This document shows positions 49,632-58,921 of a stretch of 64,000 nucleotides of DNA, piece after piece. A program made the translations under genes and the position numbers. Below the pieces are notes generated by a model. The model had not been told where the DNA came from. It saw only the letters and a program-made list of their open reading frames with translations, and ran no database searches. Numbering within the stretch: the stretch's first letter is position 1; the number at the start of each line of letters is the position of its first letter. This DNA is from an uncultured virus (IMG/VR IMGVR_UViG_3300042887_005646) (taxonomy: Duplodnaviria > Heunggongvirae > Uroviricota > Caudoviricetes), in IMG/VR virus record IMGVR_UViG_3300042887_005646; one strand, given 5' to 3'.

Positions 49632-50231
49632 ATGGCTTTAGTAAATGGAATTGGCGAGGTTGACGGCTATCAGATTGGGCCGGGCGCGCACTTGCCGCGC
49701 GCGTACCTTGAGGGCGCGTACTTGTTTCGCGCTAATTTACAATACGCAAACTTGGTGGACGCGGTCTTGTCGGGCGCGGACTTGCTCGCCGCGCACTTGC
49801 AGGGCGCGAACTTGCAGGGCGCGAACTTGACGGGCGCCAACTTGCAGCGCGCGAACTTGACGGGCGCGAACTTGAGCGGCGCGGCCTTGAGTGGCGCGAA
49901 CTTGACGCACGCGGACTTGACGGGCGCGAACTTGGGGGGCGCAAAATTGGAGGGCGCGAACTTAGTGGGCGCTAACTTGTTGGGCGCAAACTTCGCTTAT
50001 GCTGGCGTTGATCTAGCGCATGTTCCGTTAATTGAAAAAAGCTTTTATGAAACGCTAGACAGCCTCAGAGTAAACGACGGCGGTCGTCCTCACGTCCTCC
50101 TCAACCCCCGCACCTTCGCCGCCAAGCAAGACGACTCCTACAAAGCCGCGGCCATTCCCGTCAAAGTCAACCCCTTCCAAGTCGCCAAATTCGAAGACTT
50201 CCTCCACCGCGGCCACGGACGTAGACGTTAA
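49632..50231 (+). CDS. Pentapeptide repeat protein with HRGHGRRR tail
   Basis: 199 aa; AAGGAG SD. Confidence 0.93.
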   Translation: MALVNGIGEVDGYQIGPGAHLPRAYLEGAYLFRANLQYANLVDAVLSGADLLAAHLQGANLQGANLTGANLQRANLTGANLSGAALSGANLTHADLTGANLGGAKLEGANLVGANLLGANFAYAGVDLAHVPLIEKSFYETLDSLRVNDGGRPHVLLNPRTFAAKQDDSYKAAAIPVKVNPFQVAKFEDFLHRGHGRRR

Positions 50232-50261
50232 TTTTAGTTAAACTTACTTAAGGAGTGTATC

Positions 50262-50705
50262 ATGGCTTTAGTGAATGGAAGAGGTATTGTTAACGGATAT
50301 CGGATTGGGCCGGACGCAAACTTGTCGGGCGCGAACTTGTTTGGCGCGAACCTGAGTGGCGCGCGCTTGGTGTGCGCGGACTTGGAGGGCGCGGACTTGG
50401 CGGGCTCGCGCTTGTCGGGCGCGTTCTTGTTGGGCGCGGACTTACATGGCGCGGACTTGTCGGGCGCGGACTTGACGGGCGCGAACTTGAGGGGCGCCGT
50501 GTTGGTGGGCGCGGACTTGTCGGGCGCGGACTTAACGGGCGCGGACTTAACGGGCACTAACTTCACCGGCGCTACCCTCGACCCGCAACATATCCCGCTG
50601 ATTGAGGCCGCGTTCCGTGAGATGCTGTCGTCTATCAAAGTAAGCAGGGGCCGCACCCCTAACCCCGGCTACGGGCATCACCGCGGCTACGGCCGCAGAC
50701 GTTAA
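50262..50705 (+). CDS. Pentapeptide repeat protein with HRGYGRRR tail
   Basis: 147 aa; AAGGAG SD. Confidence 0.93.
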   Translation: MALVNGRGIVNGYRIGPDANLSGANLFGANLSGARLVCADLEGADLAGSRLSGAFLLGADLHGADLSGADLTGANLRGAVLVGADLSGADLTGADLTGTNFTGATLDPQHIPLIEAAFREMLSSIKVSRGRTPNPGYGHHRGYGRRR

Positions 50706-50735
50706 TTTTAGTTAAACTTACTTAAGGAGCGCGTC

Positions 50736-51227
50736 ATGACAAAAACAAGACTAATAAAAATAAAAGACAGACTCCTGCCTCCTGGCTCCTATTTTGTGGG
50801 GCATCCGCACTCTCTCAGAGGCGCCCTGAAAAAAACCTCTGAGAGCTACAAGATACTGGAAAGTATTGATGAAAAACTAGAAAAAATAAACCGGCCTAGT
50901 GGGGTTTTCTTAGACCCGGAAAGCGGAGTAGTTTTTTTCAATGGCCGCGCCAATAGCCCTTGCGTGTACACCGTCTACAAAACCGCAAAAAATAGGCTTG
51001 GGAATTGGACAAAGATGTGGGAGATCCACCTCGACTACCCCTTTATAATAGCGTTTCCTGCGCCCTCTAAAGATGAGTTTAAAACGGCTAAGAGTCCTTT
51101 TAACACCGCCGGCTCGGTAAAGAAGGAAATTAGGCACTTCAAAAAAGAGCCAATAATCGCGGCGGCCTCCCGGGGCTCTAACAGGCTTATGGTCATAGGC
51201 GATTTAGTACTGGTCTGTGACACTTAA
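50736..51227 (+). CDS. Hypothetical basic protein
   Basis: 163 aa; AAGGAG SD in the duplicated junction. Confidence 0.72.
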   Translation: MTKTRLIKIKDRLLPPGSYFVGHPHSLRGALKKTSESYKILESIDEKLEKINRPSGVFLDPESGVVFFNGRANSPCVYTVYKTAKNRLGNWTKMWEIHLDYPFIIAFPAPSKDEFKTAKSPFNTAGSVKKEIRHFKKEPIIAAASRGSNRLMVIGDLVLVCDT

Positions 51228-51252
51228 ACAGCCGCGTTTTTAAGGAATAACT

Positions 51253-52806
51253 ATGCCGCTCAATAAAAAAGGTACGGGTACTATTAAAGGCTATAAGATA
51301 GGCCCTGGCGTGAATCTTAGCGCCGCCGTTTTACCTAACACGAGTCTTAAGGGCGCGGACCTGCGCGGTGCGAACTTACGCAACGCCGAGCTGGCGCACT
51401 CAGACCTATCTAACGCCGACCTCACCGGGGCTGACCTTAGGGGCGCTAACCTGGAAGGCGCAAAGTTACACGATACGATCATAGACGATGCTGACTTCAC
51501 GGGCGCTAACCTGCGCAAAGCGTGTATCTATAAAGCCGGCACCCACGATAAAGATGGCCATGGCAATTATATTAGTGAAAGACCTAACTTTCACGACGCG
51601 GACCTATCCGGCGCGACAATAAAATATACCGAGTTTATGTTTCCGGATTTTAGCGAGGCAGATGCGGAAAGAGCAAAGATAGATCAGTCTTACTTTAGAG
51701 GGCCCGATATGCGCGATGCCGACTTCTCCAAAAGCCGGTGGGCCGGCAGCAGAGGTAGCGCCGGCGGTATATCCCAGGGGTATCTTGGGGATAGCCGTGG
51801 TTCTAAGGATGCGGACCTTAGGGGCGCTAATTTTACAAACTCTAAATTCATAGACTACAGCATAAGAAACGCAGATTTAGAAGATGCAGATTTCTCAGAT
51901 AGTAAATTTGAAAACGTATCTTTTTCGGACAATAATTACAAAAATACAAAATTTGATAGGTCTCATTTTGGGCCTAATAAATTAAAAAAAATGCATGGGC
52001 ATTTAGATCAGCGCGCGTCCAGTTTTGGGGACTACGATGTCGATACGAGTGGTCGCCACGGCTCTATAAAACAGGCCTCCTTTAAAGACGCCACATTTGA
52101 GCTTTTGCCCAAAGGCGGCGGGTTTAAATTTAACGATCTGACAGTAATGCCGGATAGCATGTACAAAGTTTTAAAGCCGGAGATAGAAAAGGAGCGCGCC
52201 GAGATTGACGAGATTATAAAAAATCACCCAAATTATATGGGCGAAATAGATGGGCTCTGGATGCATATGACACCCGCCCCCTTTATGGAGATCTCTAGAA
52301 CAGAGCTATCAGTCAGCCCATATCGCCCCGGGGAGACTTACTATAATCAATGGGGGGACTCTATATACGGGCTTGTGTTTAGGGGCAGAGCGCACCTGTT
52401 TGACCTAGACGTGAACACTAGAAACGGTCTGAGTCACTTTGGTTATATGGTGCCGAAGCATGCCGGCGTTCGCGGCAATACCGATATGATACATAAAGAG
52501 GCGCTTTTAGATATGGATAGTGCCGAGTTCGTTGGTTTGGAAATAGACAAGAGTATCTTAGATGAGTTTGTAAAAAGAGGGCCTGATTATGCTTACTCTT
52601 TAAATAAATATAAAGAGTTTATAGAGAGGATTAAAGCGGCTAAAATCCCGATCAAATATGTAAAAAAAGAGGCCGATCGCGGAAAGGTCACTGACTGGGT
52701 CAAGGGCGCAAAGCGAAAGAAGAATCCCGAGTGCTGCTGCATCTGCGACCAGCCCGCTAGCTTGATGTCCGATAGGGGTGATGTTTTCTGCGAAGATTGT
52801 TTTTAG
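51253..52806 (+). CDS. Pentapeptide repeat protein + putative ADP-ribosyltransferase-like domain + C4 zinc finger
   Basis: 517 aa; LWMHMT, LSVSPY, YGLVF, KEALLD; RKKNP then CICD...CEDCF. Confidence 0.85.
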   Translation: MPLNKKGTGTIKGYKIGPGVNLSAAVLPNTSLKGADLRGANLRNAELAHSDLSNADLTGADLRGANLEGAKLHDTIIDDADFTGANLRKACIYKAGTHDKDGHGNYISERPNFHDADLSGATIKYTEFMFPDFSEADAERAKIDQSYFRGPDMRDADFSKSRWAGSRGSAGGISQGYLGDSRGSKDADLRGANFTNSKFIDYSIRNADLEDADFSDSKFENVSFSDNNYKNTKFDRSHFGPNKLKKMHGHLDQRASSFGDYDVDTSGRHGSIKQASFKDATFELLPKGGGFKFNDLTVMPDSMYKVLKPEIEKERAEIDEIIKNHPNYMGEIDGLWMHMTPAPFMEISRTELSVSPYRPGETYYNQWGDSIYGLVFRGRAHLFDLDVNTRNGLSHFGYMVPKHAGVRGNTDMIHKEALLDMDSAEFVGLEIDKSILDEFVKRGPDYAYSLNKYKEFIERIKAAKIPIKYVKKEADRGKVTDWVKGAKRKKNPECCCICDQPASLMSDRGDVFCEDCF

Positions 52807-52914
52807 GCGCGCCTGACTGTCTCTGTGTTTTACAGATTATAGCTTATCTGCTTTATTGCATTTTCTATTAGACTCATCTAAAGGTCCTTTAAATTAAGCC
52901 TTAGTCGGTGCCCT

Positions 52915-53781
52915 ATGGACGATATTTTAATCTACGCGTTGGCTGGGGCCGGTGGTTATCTACTCACAAAGACCTCATCTGGTGCGTCTAAAGAGGTAGG
53001 AAATAGAGCCGATGGTCACCCCGATGCGCAGGCCAAGGCGGAAAGAGAGGCCCGAGTCATCGCAGCTAAAGAGCCACCCATCTCGGCAGTGCTCGGCCCA
53101 GACAAGCTGCCGATGTCAAACTCGGTCACGAACAAGGGAATTTCTCTGGCCACGGGAAGAACAAAGCCGCTCAGAGATAGAATAGTTCAGTCCGCGCTTA
53201 ATGAAGAGAGCATGCACATAAGAGAGCTGCCCCCCAGAGACCGCGGTCCTCGAATTGATATGTATCAGCGCGCCGTTGGCCTTACTCCTCCTTCGCTTTG
53301 GTGCGCAGCTTTCGTTAGCTGGAACGTCATGAACGGAATGGGGCTCAGCAAAAAGCCTTCTTGGGCGAGCGGGTCGACCTCCGCCATGATGGCTAAAGCG
53401 CGTGACGCCTTCAGAAAGGGTCACCTTCCTGGCGATTATATTCTCTTCAATCGTGATCTCATCCGAGATCCGTCTCTCAAAAGCCGCGTGCAGCCCGGTT
53501 GGGTCTGGATACGAGGCTCGACGGCCAATGGCTCGGACCCGCTCGAGGCGCCCGCTGGCGGCTGGAAGGGCGGTCACACCGGCCTTGTAGTCGCGACCAC
53601 AGGCATAGACGCAAACCACTTCACTACCGTTGAGGGTAACACCTGGGCGCGAGGCGGAGATGGCCAGGGCGTTTACATGCACAAGAATAAGAAATGGGGC
53701 GACCCTGGGCATGTTATCTTCTTTGATCCTGTTGCGCTTAGTGAAGCCTACGGCTTAGCTATACCTGGGCTTAACGCTTAA
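52915..53781 (+). CDS. CHAP-domain (NlpC/P60 superfamily) peptidoglycan hydrolase with N-terminal membrane anchor
   Basis: 288 aa; WCAAFVSW (Cys), GHTGLV (His), TVEGNT. Confidence 0.87.
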   Translation: MDDILIYALAGAGGYLLTKTSSGASKEVGNRADGHPDAQAKAEREARVIAAKEPPISAVLGPDKLPMSNSVTNKGISLATGRTKPLRDRIVQSALNEESMHIRELPPRDRGPRIDMYQRAVGLTPPSLWCAAFVSWNVMNGMGLSKKPSWASGSTSAMMAKARDAFRKGHLPGDYILFNRDLIRDPSLKSRVQPGWVWIRGSTANGSDPLEAPAGGWKGGHTGLVVATTGIDANHFTTVEGNTWARGGDGQGVYMHKNKKWGDPGHVIFFDPVALSEAYGLAIPGLNA

Positions 53782-53796
53782 TAAACGAGGAACTTT

Positions 53797-54363
53797 ATGA
53801 CTATCAGATACTCCCGACACCAGAGAACTGCTAACCCGCCGTGGCAAGAAGGCCCTGACGTCTTCGAGTCTATCATAGAGACTACCGGCTATTCGCCGGC
53901 GGGCGATAGAGATATGTTCAGATCTCGCAGCTATGCAGGTGTGTCTGCGCAGCTCATGGAAGCTGTCGCAGCCTACCTCGCGATCCTTAGAGAATATTCG
54001 GACTCCATCGGTGCCTCAGCGGTATCGCGGGCGCTGAGCAAACGCGTGGATACTTTGGAGGACGCCTTCTATCTTAATAAGGCGCTCCTGACCATCCCCG
54101 ACAGTGCATGGAAAACACCCGCGCTTAAGAGATCCGCGCTAGACGTATTTGGTCTTTTTGTGGACAGCAAAGAGCCGGACCGCTGGAGCGATAGCGAGGA
54201 GTACATCGACGTCCCCTACACCGAGCTTGCTCTTAGGGGAGATGGCCTCATTAACAGAATTTCGAGCAGCATCAGCGTCGGTCTCAAACAGATAGAGATG
54301 GAGACTGGCGGCGGAGCATCTAAGCCTGGCACTCAGACTTTCTTTAGAAACCTAGGCATTTAA
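53797..54363 (+). CDS. Hypothetical protein with N-terminal RTANP
   Basis: 188 aa; GAGGA SD. Confidence 0.75.
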   Translation: MTIRYSRHQRTANPPWQEGPDVFESIIETTGYSPAGDRDMFRSRSYAGVSAQLMEAVAAYLAILREYSDSIGASAVSRALSKRVDTLEDAFYLNKALLTIPDSAWKTPALKRSALDVFGLFVDSKEPDRWSDSEEYIDVPYTELALRGDGLINRISSSISVGLKQIEMETGGGASKPGTQTFFRNLGI

Positions 54364-54377
54364 TATAGAGGTATAAG

Positions 54378-54695
54378 ATGTCTGAGCCAATAATCGTTTC
54401 TCCGCGGAATATTCCTCACCCCGACCGACCGGGCGAGGTTCTCCCGCCTTCTCCCCCGACCGACGGTAAAACTAGTATTCTAGTAATTTTTGCGTTGGCT
54501 TTAGGTGCCTACGGCATTTATAGAATGGTGCAAGAGGACAAGGAGCGGGAAAGAGAGCTGGAAAATGACGAGGAAGACGAGGAAGACGAGGAAGACGAAT
54601 ACGAAGACGAATACGAAGATGAAGACGATGACGGTGGCCCGCCCGACACCGGCCCTTTTAGCGGTCCCGACACCGGCCCTGTCCGCCCCTACTAA
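54378..54695 (+). CDS. Single-TM protein with acidic tail
   Basis: 105 aa; ILVIFALALGAYGIY followed by a D/E tract. Confidence 0.75.
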   Translation: MSEPIIVSPRNIPHPDRPGEVLPPSPPTDGKTSILVIFALALGAYGIYRMVQEDKERERELENDEEDEEDEEDEYEDEYEDEDDDGGPPDTGPFSGPDTGPVRPY

Positions 54696-54706
54696 AGAGA
54701 GAAACC

Positions 54707-56137
54707 ATGCATAGACGCACGCCCAATCATCATAGAACTGGTCTCATCGGCGACGATTATCCTATCGACCCATACAAGCGGGGCGAGATGACCGATGATC
54801 CCTACAATCGTTATTGGACTGAGGAGTCTATGACGCTCTCGGCCCGTAAGAGAAATCCGGAGGAGGAAGCGGAGGAGCCGCTCTCACTTAATAAAGCCAG
54901 GTCGATGGCCCGTAACGCAATCGGCACCGGGCGCGATTACATGTACAGGGCTAAGCGGGCCGTTGCTCCCCTCGTAGTAGGAGTCTACGCTGCGCCGCTT
55001 GCGCCGGTCGCGAGCAAACTCATAAGTATGACCCCCGAGGAGCGGCCCGCTGACTTTGGCGATTCTGTTGCCGATAGGGTCTTTGGTGCCAGAAAAGCAA
55101 ACCCCGGCTACGGCCGCACGCCCAATCACCATAGAACTGGGCTCATCGGCGACGATTATCCTATCGACCCGTACAAGCGGGGCGAGATGACCGATGATCC
55201 CTACAATCGGTATTGGACTGAAGAGTCTATGACGCTCTCGGCGCGTAAGAAAAATCCCTCTTCGCTTTACTCTGTCGCAGTAAACGGCCGTCCTGTTTAC
55301 TGCAGCCATATCAAAGACCAGGCGATGCGCCGTTTTATGCACCAGCGCTCCGCTGGCGCCGGTGAAGTCACGCTCTCGATAGATGGCGATGTCGCATACA
55401 GAACGGGCCGCGGCGGAGCTATGCGCGTCGGAAACCCGCCCCCCGGTAAGTTCACAGTCGACGGTCGACCTGTTCGCAATAACCATTATAATTTTAAGCC
55501 CGGGGCTAACCTCCAGGCCGCAGACCTCTCATACTTTAACATGGCAGGCGTAGATCTCGAGGGCGCTAACCTCAAATATGCAGACCTTAGACATGCCGAC
55601 TTTAGAGGCGCTAATCTAGATTCTGTAGATCTTACTGGCGCAGACCTTAGGCAGGCCAACTTCTCGGGGGCTAGCTTAGAGAACACTATCTTCTCAGAAG
55701 CGCTCATGATCGGGACAATCTTTGAGGACTGCGACTTAGACTATGCCCAGCTCAATGCCATCGATGCCTCCTATGCTGACTTCGACGGCGCAAGCATGAT
55801 CGGCGCAAAACTCAAAGACGCTGATCTTACTCGCGCCCTCTTTAACAAGGCGGACCTTTCTAAGGCTGACTTTGAGAGGGCTAACCTCAGACGCGCCGAG
55901 TTCTACGGAGCTGACCTGTATGAGACGAACTTCCGCAGTTCCGATCTTCGCGGCGCTTACTACTTAGAGCAGGCAAAAAACGCAGGGAAAGCAGACTTCT
56001 CTTACGCGCAGGCATACAGAGAAGACCTCGGGCCTTTCTTGAAGAAATATCCTGACAACAGCTTCGGATTCGAGTATACTGAGAGGCCTGTTGAGACGCT
56101 GGTGCGTGGCCCCAGGATCCACAGTGACGAAGACTAA
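54707..56137 (+). CDS. Multi-module protein: duplicated N-terminal unit, four RxxNP sites, C-terminal pentapeptide repeats
   Basis: 476 aa; RTPNHHRTG...SARK(R/K)NP unit present twice. Confidence 0.88.
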   Translation: MHRRTPNHHRTGLIGDDYPIDPYKRGEMTDDPYNRYWTEESMTLSARKRNPEEEAEEPLSLNKARSMARNAIGTGRDYMYRAKRAVAPLVVGVYAAPLAPVASKLISMTPEERPADFGDSVADRVFGARKANPGYGRTPNHHRTGLIGDDYPIDPYKRGEMTDDPYNRYWTEESMTLSARKKNPSSLYSVAVNGRPVYCSHIKDQAMRRFMHQRSAGAGEVTLSIDGDVAYRTGRGGAMRVGNPPPGKFTVDGRPVRNNHYNFKPGANLQAADLSYFNMAGVDLEGANLKYADLRHADFRGANLDSVDLTGADLRQANFSGASLENTIFSEALMIGTIFEDCDLDYAQLNAIDASYADFDGASMIGAKLKDADLTRALFNKADLSKADFERANLRRAEFYGADLYETNFRSSDLRGAYYLEQAKNAGKADFSYAQAYREDLGPFLKKYPDNSFGFEYTERPVETLVRGPRIHSDED

Positions 56138-56158
56138 GATTCGCCCGAGGAATAATAC

Positions 56159-56863
56159 ATGTACGAGCAAAATTCGGAAAAACTTAACGAGATCGCAGTC
56201 GCGCTCGTTTACAAAATCCTCAAGTCAGAGCTCTCTGCATTAGAGACTTTGGCTAAAAAAAGGCTCGAAATCCTAGAGGCGCTCCAGGAGCATAATAGAT
56301 ACACTAGAGATCTCTGTAAAAAGCTGAGCACCGTCGGCAAAGAGCTTGGTGATATCTCTATCATTGAGGAGGCCTCTGTGCAGGGCACAAAGCTCGGCTC
56401 CCTAGCTGACCTCGCCGGCTCCTACTGGCCGCAAGATGAGCTCACAAGAAGAATAGAAGAGATTAGTAACTTGTTAGGCCGCATGGAAAACCTCGGCGTC
56501 AGCCAGTACTTTGCTAACGCCACCGACACCAGCGAAGATGCTATCCTTGATGCCACAAAAGACCATCGTGGTGTGAGCTTTATAAAGTCTCAGCCTAGCC
56601 TCGAAGAGACTCGCAGAGCGATGTCGGAGCGCCCCAAAGATCCAATGGCTCAGTTCAAAGAGGCGATAGTTAGCGGTATGCAGCGCGCAATCGCAGCCGG
56701 TCCGATGGACGAGATTGAAGATGAGGAAGTTGTCTACGAGGATAAAAACTATAAGCCCTCCTCGTTTGGCGACCCTGCATACAAGCCGGTCGAGAACGAT
56801 GACTATATTGAATTTGCGGGGATTAAAATAAAACGCGCTCCGTCTGGCGGCTTTAAGCACTAA
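56159..56863 (+). CDS. Hypothetical coiled-coil protein
   Basis: 234 aa; GAGGA SD. Confidence 0.75.
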   Translation: MYEQNSEKLNEIAVALVYKILKSELSALETLAKKRLEILEALQEHNRYTRDLCKKLSTVGKELGDISIIEEASVQGTKLGSLADLAGSYWPQDELTRRIEEISNLLGRMENLGVSQYFANATDTSEDAILDATKDHRGVSFIKSQPSLEETRRAMSERPKDPMAQFKEAIVSGMQRAIAAGPMDEIEDEEVVYEDKNYKPSSFGDPAYKPVENDDYIEFAGIKIKRAPSGGFKH

Positions 56864-56890
56864 ACCCATATACTATTTAGGGAGTCTAAG

Positions 56891-57661
56891 ATGCCTAACT
56901 GGTGCATTAATCAGCTTACTATTACGGTCCCCGAGTCGATAGGCAATCAGCTAATCCGCGGCTTAGAGCTAGTGCAAAACGGTGCGGATCCTTATCAAGG
57001 CGCCGTAAGCACGGACGATCTCTTTCAGGACAAAGACCTTAACGAGGCGCGCACAGCTGCTGGGGTAGGGCTTCTTGAGTTCTTGGCTCCGCTCTACACT
57101 TTTGTAGACCCTGAAGACGTTTTAAAATCCAAAATCTACAGCCCCAAGGTAAGGGTGGAAGATATCTGGGGCACAACAGATATATCGGAGTTTGATATGT
57201 CTGTCGATACAGTACGCACACAAAACGGCGTTCCCTTAATGGATATAAATATAAGTTTTACTAGCAGATGGTCACCCCCAGTCGGTGCAATGAATAAGTT
57301 TATTGAGCTGGTGCCTGAGGCAGACCTGCTTTTGTTCTATGCAGAGCCCGGGGGTGACTTTTGCGGCGAGGTCGCAAGGCTGCGGCCTGAGATGAGTAAC
57401 GTAAGCGAGCCCGTTTACCGACAAGATCTTACTTGCTCTCTGAGTGTATTCTGCGACGATGCCGACAAGCACATAGCAGATTTAGACTACATCCAAGACA
57501 GAGAAATCCAAAGGCTAGCCGAGGCGTTTGGCCTCACCTTTGCTGCTACTGAGTGGACCGTCTACCAGTTCATCGACACAGTGCAGGAAATACGTGATGA
57601 GCGTCTAGAGCTGGAGGGGCCAGAAGAGGACGAGGAAGAGGACCCAGAAGGGCCTTTTTGA
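56891..57661 (+). CDS. YubB/DUF1281 (Api92-like) ferredoxin-fold family protein
   Basis: 256 aa; MPNWCxN, WGT, FTSRWSPP, YAEPGxxFxG motifs. Confidence 0.78.
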   Translation: MPNWCINQLTITVPESIGNQLIRGLELVQNGADPYQGAVSTDDLFQDKDLNEARTAAGVGLLEFLAPLYTFVDPEDVLKSKIYSPKVRVEDIWGTTDISEFDMSVDTVRTQNGVPLMDINISFTSRWSPPVGAMNKFIELVPEADLLLFYAEPGGDFCGEVARLRPEMSNVSEPVYRQDLTCSLSVFCDDADKHIADLDYIQDREIQRLAEAFGLTFAATEWTVYQFIDTVQEIRDERLELEGPEEDEEEDPEGPF

Positions 57662-57709
57662 GAGCTTTCTTAATTATACTCTAAATTAAGAAGTAGACCG
57701 AGTAGCGCG

Positions 57710-58276
57710 TTACGTAATAGTCTTAGAAGTATTTATATCTTTTATGAACAACGGCGGGGCATATGTTCTCTCAGGCTTAAATTTAGCGCCGGTGAGACCC
57801 ACAGAGACGAGTCTGCAATTTATGAAAGAGGTGTTTATGAGGTCGCAGCCGCTCATGTTCACGTTTCTAAATAGGCAGTTCTCAAAGGTGAAGTTAGCTA
57901 GATTCTGGCCTCTTAGGTTTATATCTATAAACGAGCAGTTACGGAAAACGCACAAATCCGAATAGATATAAGAATAGATGAACCCCAGAGTCGCCTGCGA
58001 CATGTCTATGCCGGCAAAGAGACACTGCTCGACAACGGCCCCGTGAAAGTCTGCAAATTTTAAAACGCTCCCCTTAAAAGAGCAGCCTAAAATATGACTG
58101 TTGCCGAAAAAAGCGTTCGAGAGATTCGCTAAATCAAAGACGCACCCACTCAGCTTAGACGAGTCAAACTTGGACCCCATGGCCGTGGCCTTGGTAAAGT
58201 CGTAGTTTGCGATCCGTCGCTTTGCGAAGTCACGGCCCTGAATCTCTACGCCGGCGTAATTAGTGCCTCTTTGCAT
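57710..58276 (-). CDS. Pentapeptide repeat protein (Cys/Phe-rich variant)
   Basis: 188 aa; xxCxF / ADF repeats. Confidence 0.85.
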   Translation of the reverse strand: MQRGTNYAGVEIQGRDFAKRRIANYDFTKATAMGSKFDSSKLSGCVFDLANLSNAFFGNSHILGCSFKGSVLKFADFHGAVVEQCLFAGIDMSQATLGFIYSYIYSDLCVFRNCSFIDINLRGQNLANFTFENCLFRNVNMSGCDLINTSFINCRLVSVGLTGAKFKPERTYAPPLFIKDINTSKTIT

Positions 58277-58281
58277 TAGAT

Positions 58282-58881
58282 CTACTTTCCGGCGCTTTTG
58301 GATTTGCGGGTTGTTTTACCCGGGGGTTTCTTCCTGGCGTTCGGGGCCCTGCCCAAAGCCACCTCAACCTTATAGTTACTAAGCTCGTCCGCATACTCGG
58401 CCGCGGTCTTAGTTATATCTTCTCTGTTTGCGAAAGTTTTAGGGTAAAACTTGTTGCCGGTATAATAGGTGACATAGGCCGAGTGATCGAGATCATCGGC
58501 GATGGTCTGGGGCGTGAGATTGAAGTATTTCTTAATAATAGAGTAAAGCGCCTTGTACTCTGCCGCGAGCTGGGGGCTAATCATAGATTGCTGCACGGTC
58601 GCGAGCTTAAGCGAATTTAAAAGAGTGTCTAAAGAGGTCACCTCTCGGGCATGTAACTTAGAGGTCACGCATGGAAGAGCGAAGTTAAGCTCGATCAGCT
58701 GCCGGAGCGCGGAATAGGTAAAGAACTTACCCATCAGGCGCTGGACCTCGGGAGCGGATCTTTCGCCTCTCTCCCATCGCTGCATCATCTTGGGGAAGTC
58801 GTGCTCTAGCTGGTCCACATACATAGTCAGATAGCTTATGAGTAAAAGCTTATCTGCTGCGGCTTTGTCTTTGCTGGTCAT
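58282..58881 (-). CDS. Hypothetical protein with basic C-terminal tail
   Basis: 199 aa; GGAG SD. Confidence 0.75.
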   Translation of the reverse strand: MTSKDKAAADKLLLISYLTMYVDQLEHDFPKMMQRWERGERSAPEVQRLMGKFFTYSALRQLIELNFALPCVTSKLHAREVTSLDTLLNSLKLATVQQSMISPQLAAEYKALYSIIKKYFNLTPQTIADDLDHSAYVTYYTGNKFYPKTFANREDITKTAAEYADELSNYKVEVALGRAPNARKKPPGKTTRKSKSAGK

Positions 58882-58921
58882 CGGCTAGCTCCGCTCGATT
58901 ATCTATATCTAGTATCTATAT

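Noticed and set aside
15134..58276. Calling the PRPs qnr or mfpA resistance genes
   Set aside because: Only the generic repeat is shared; no family-specific features recognised
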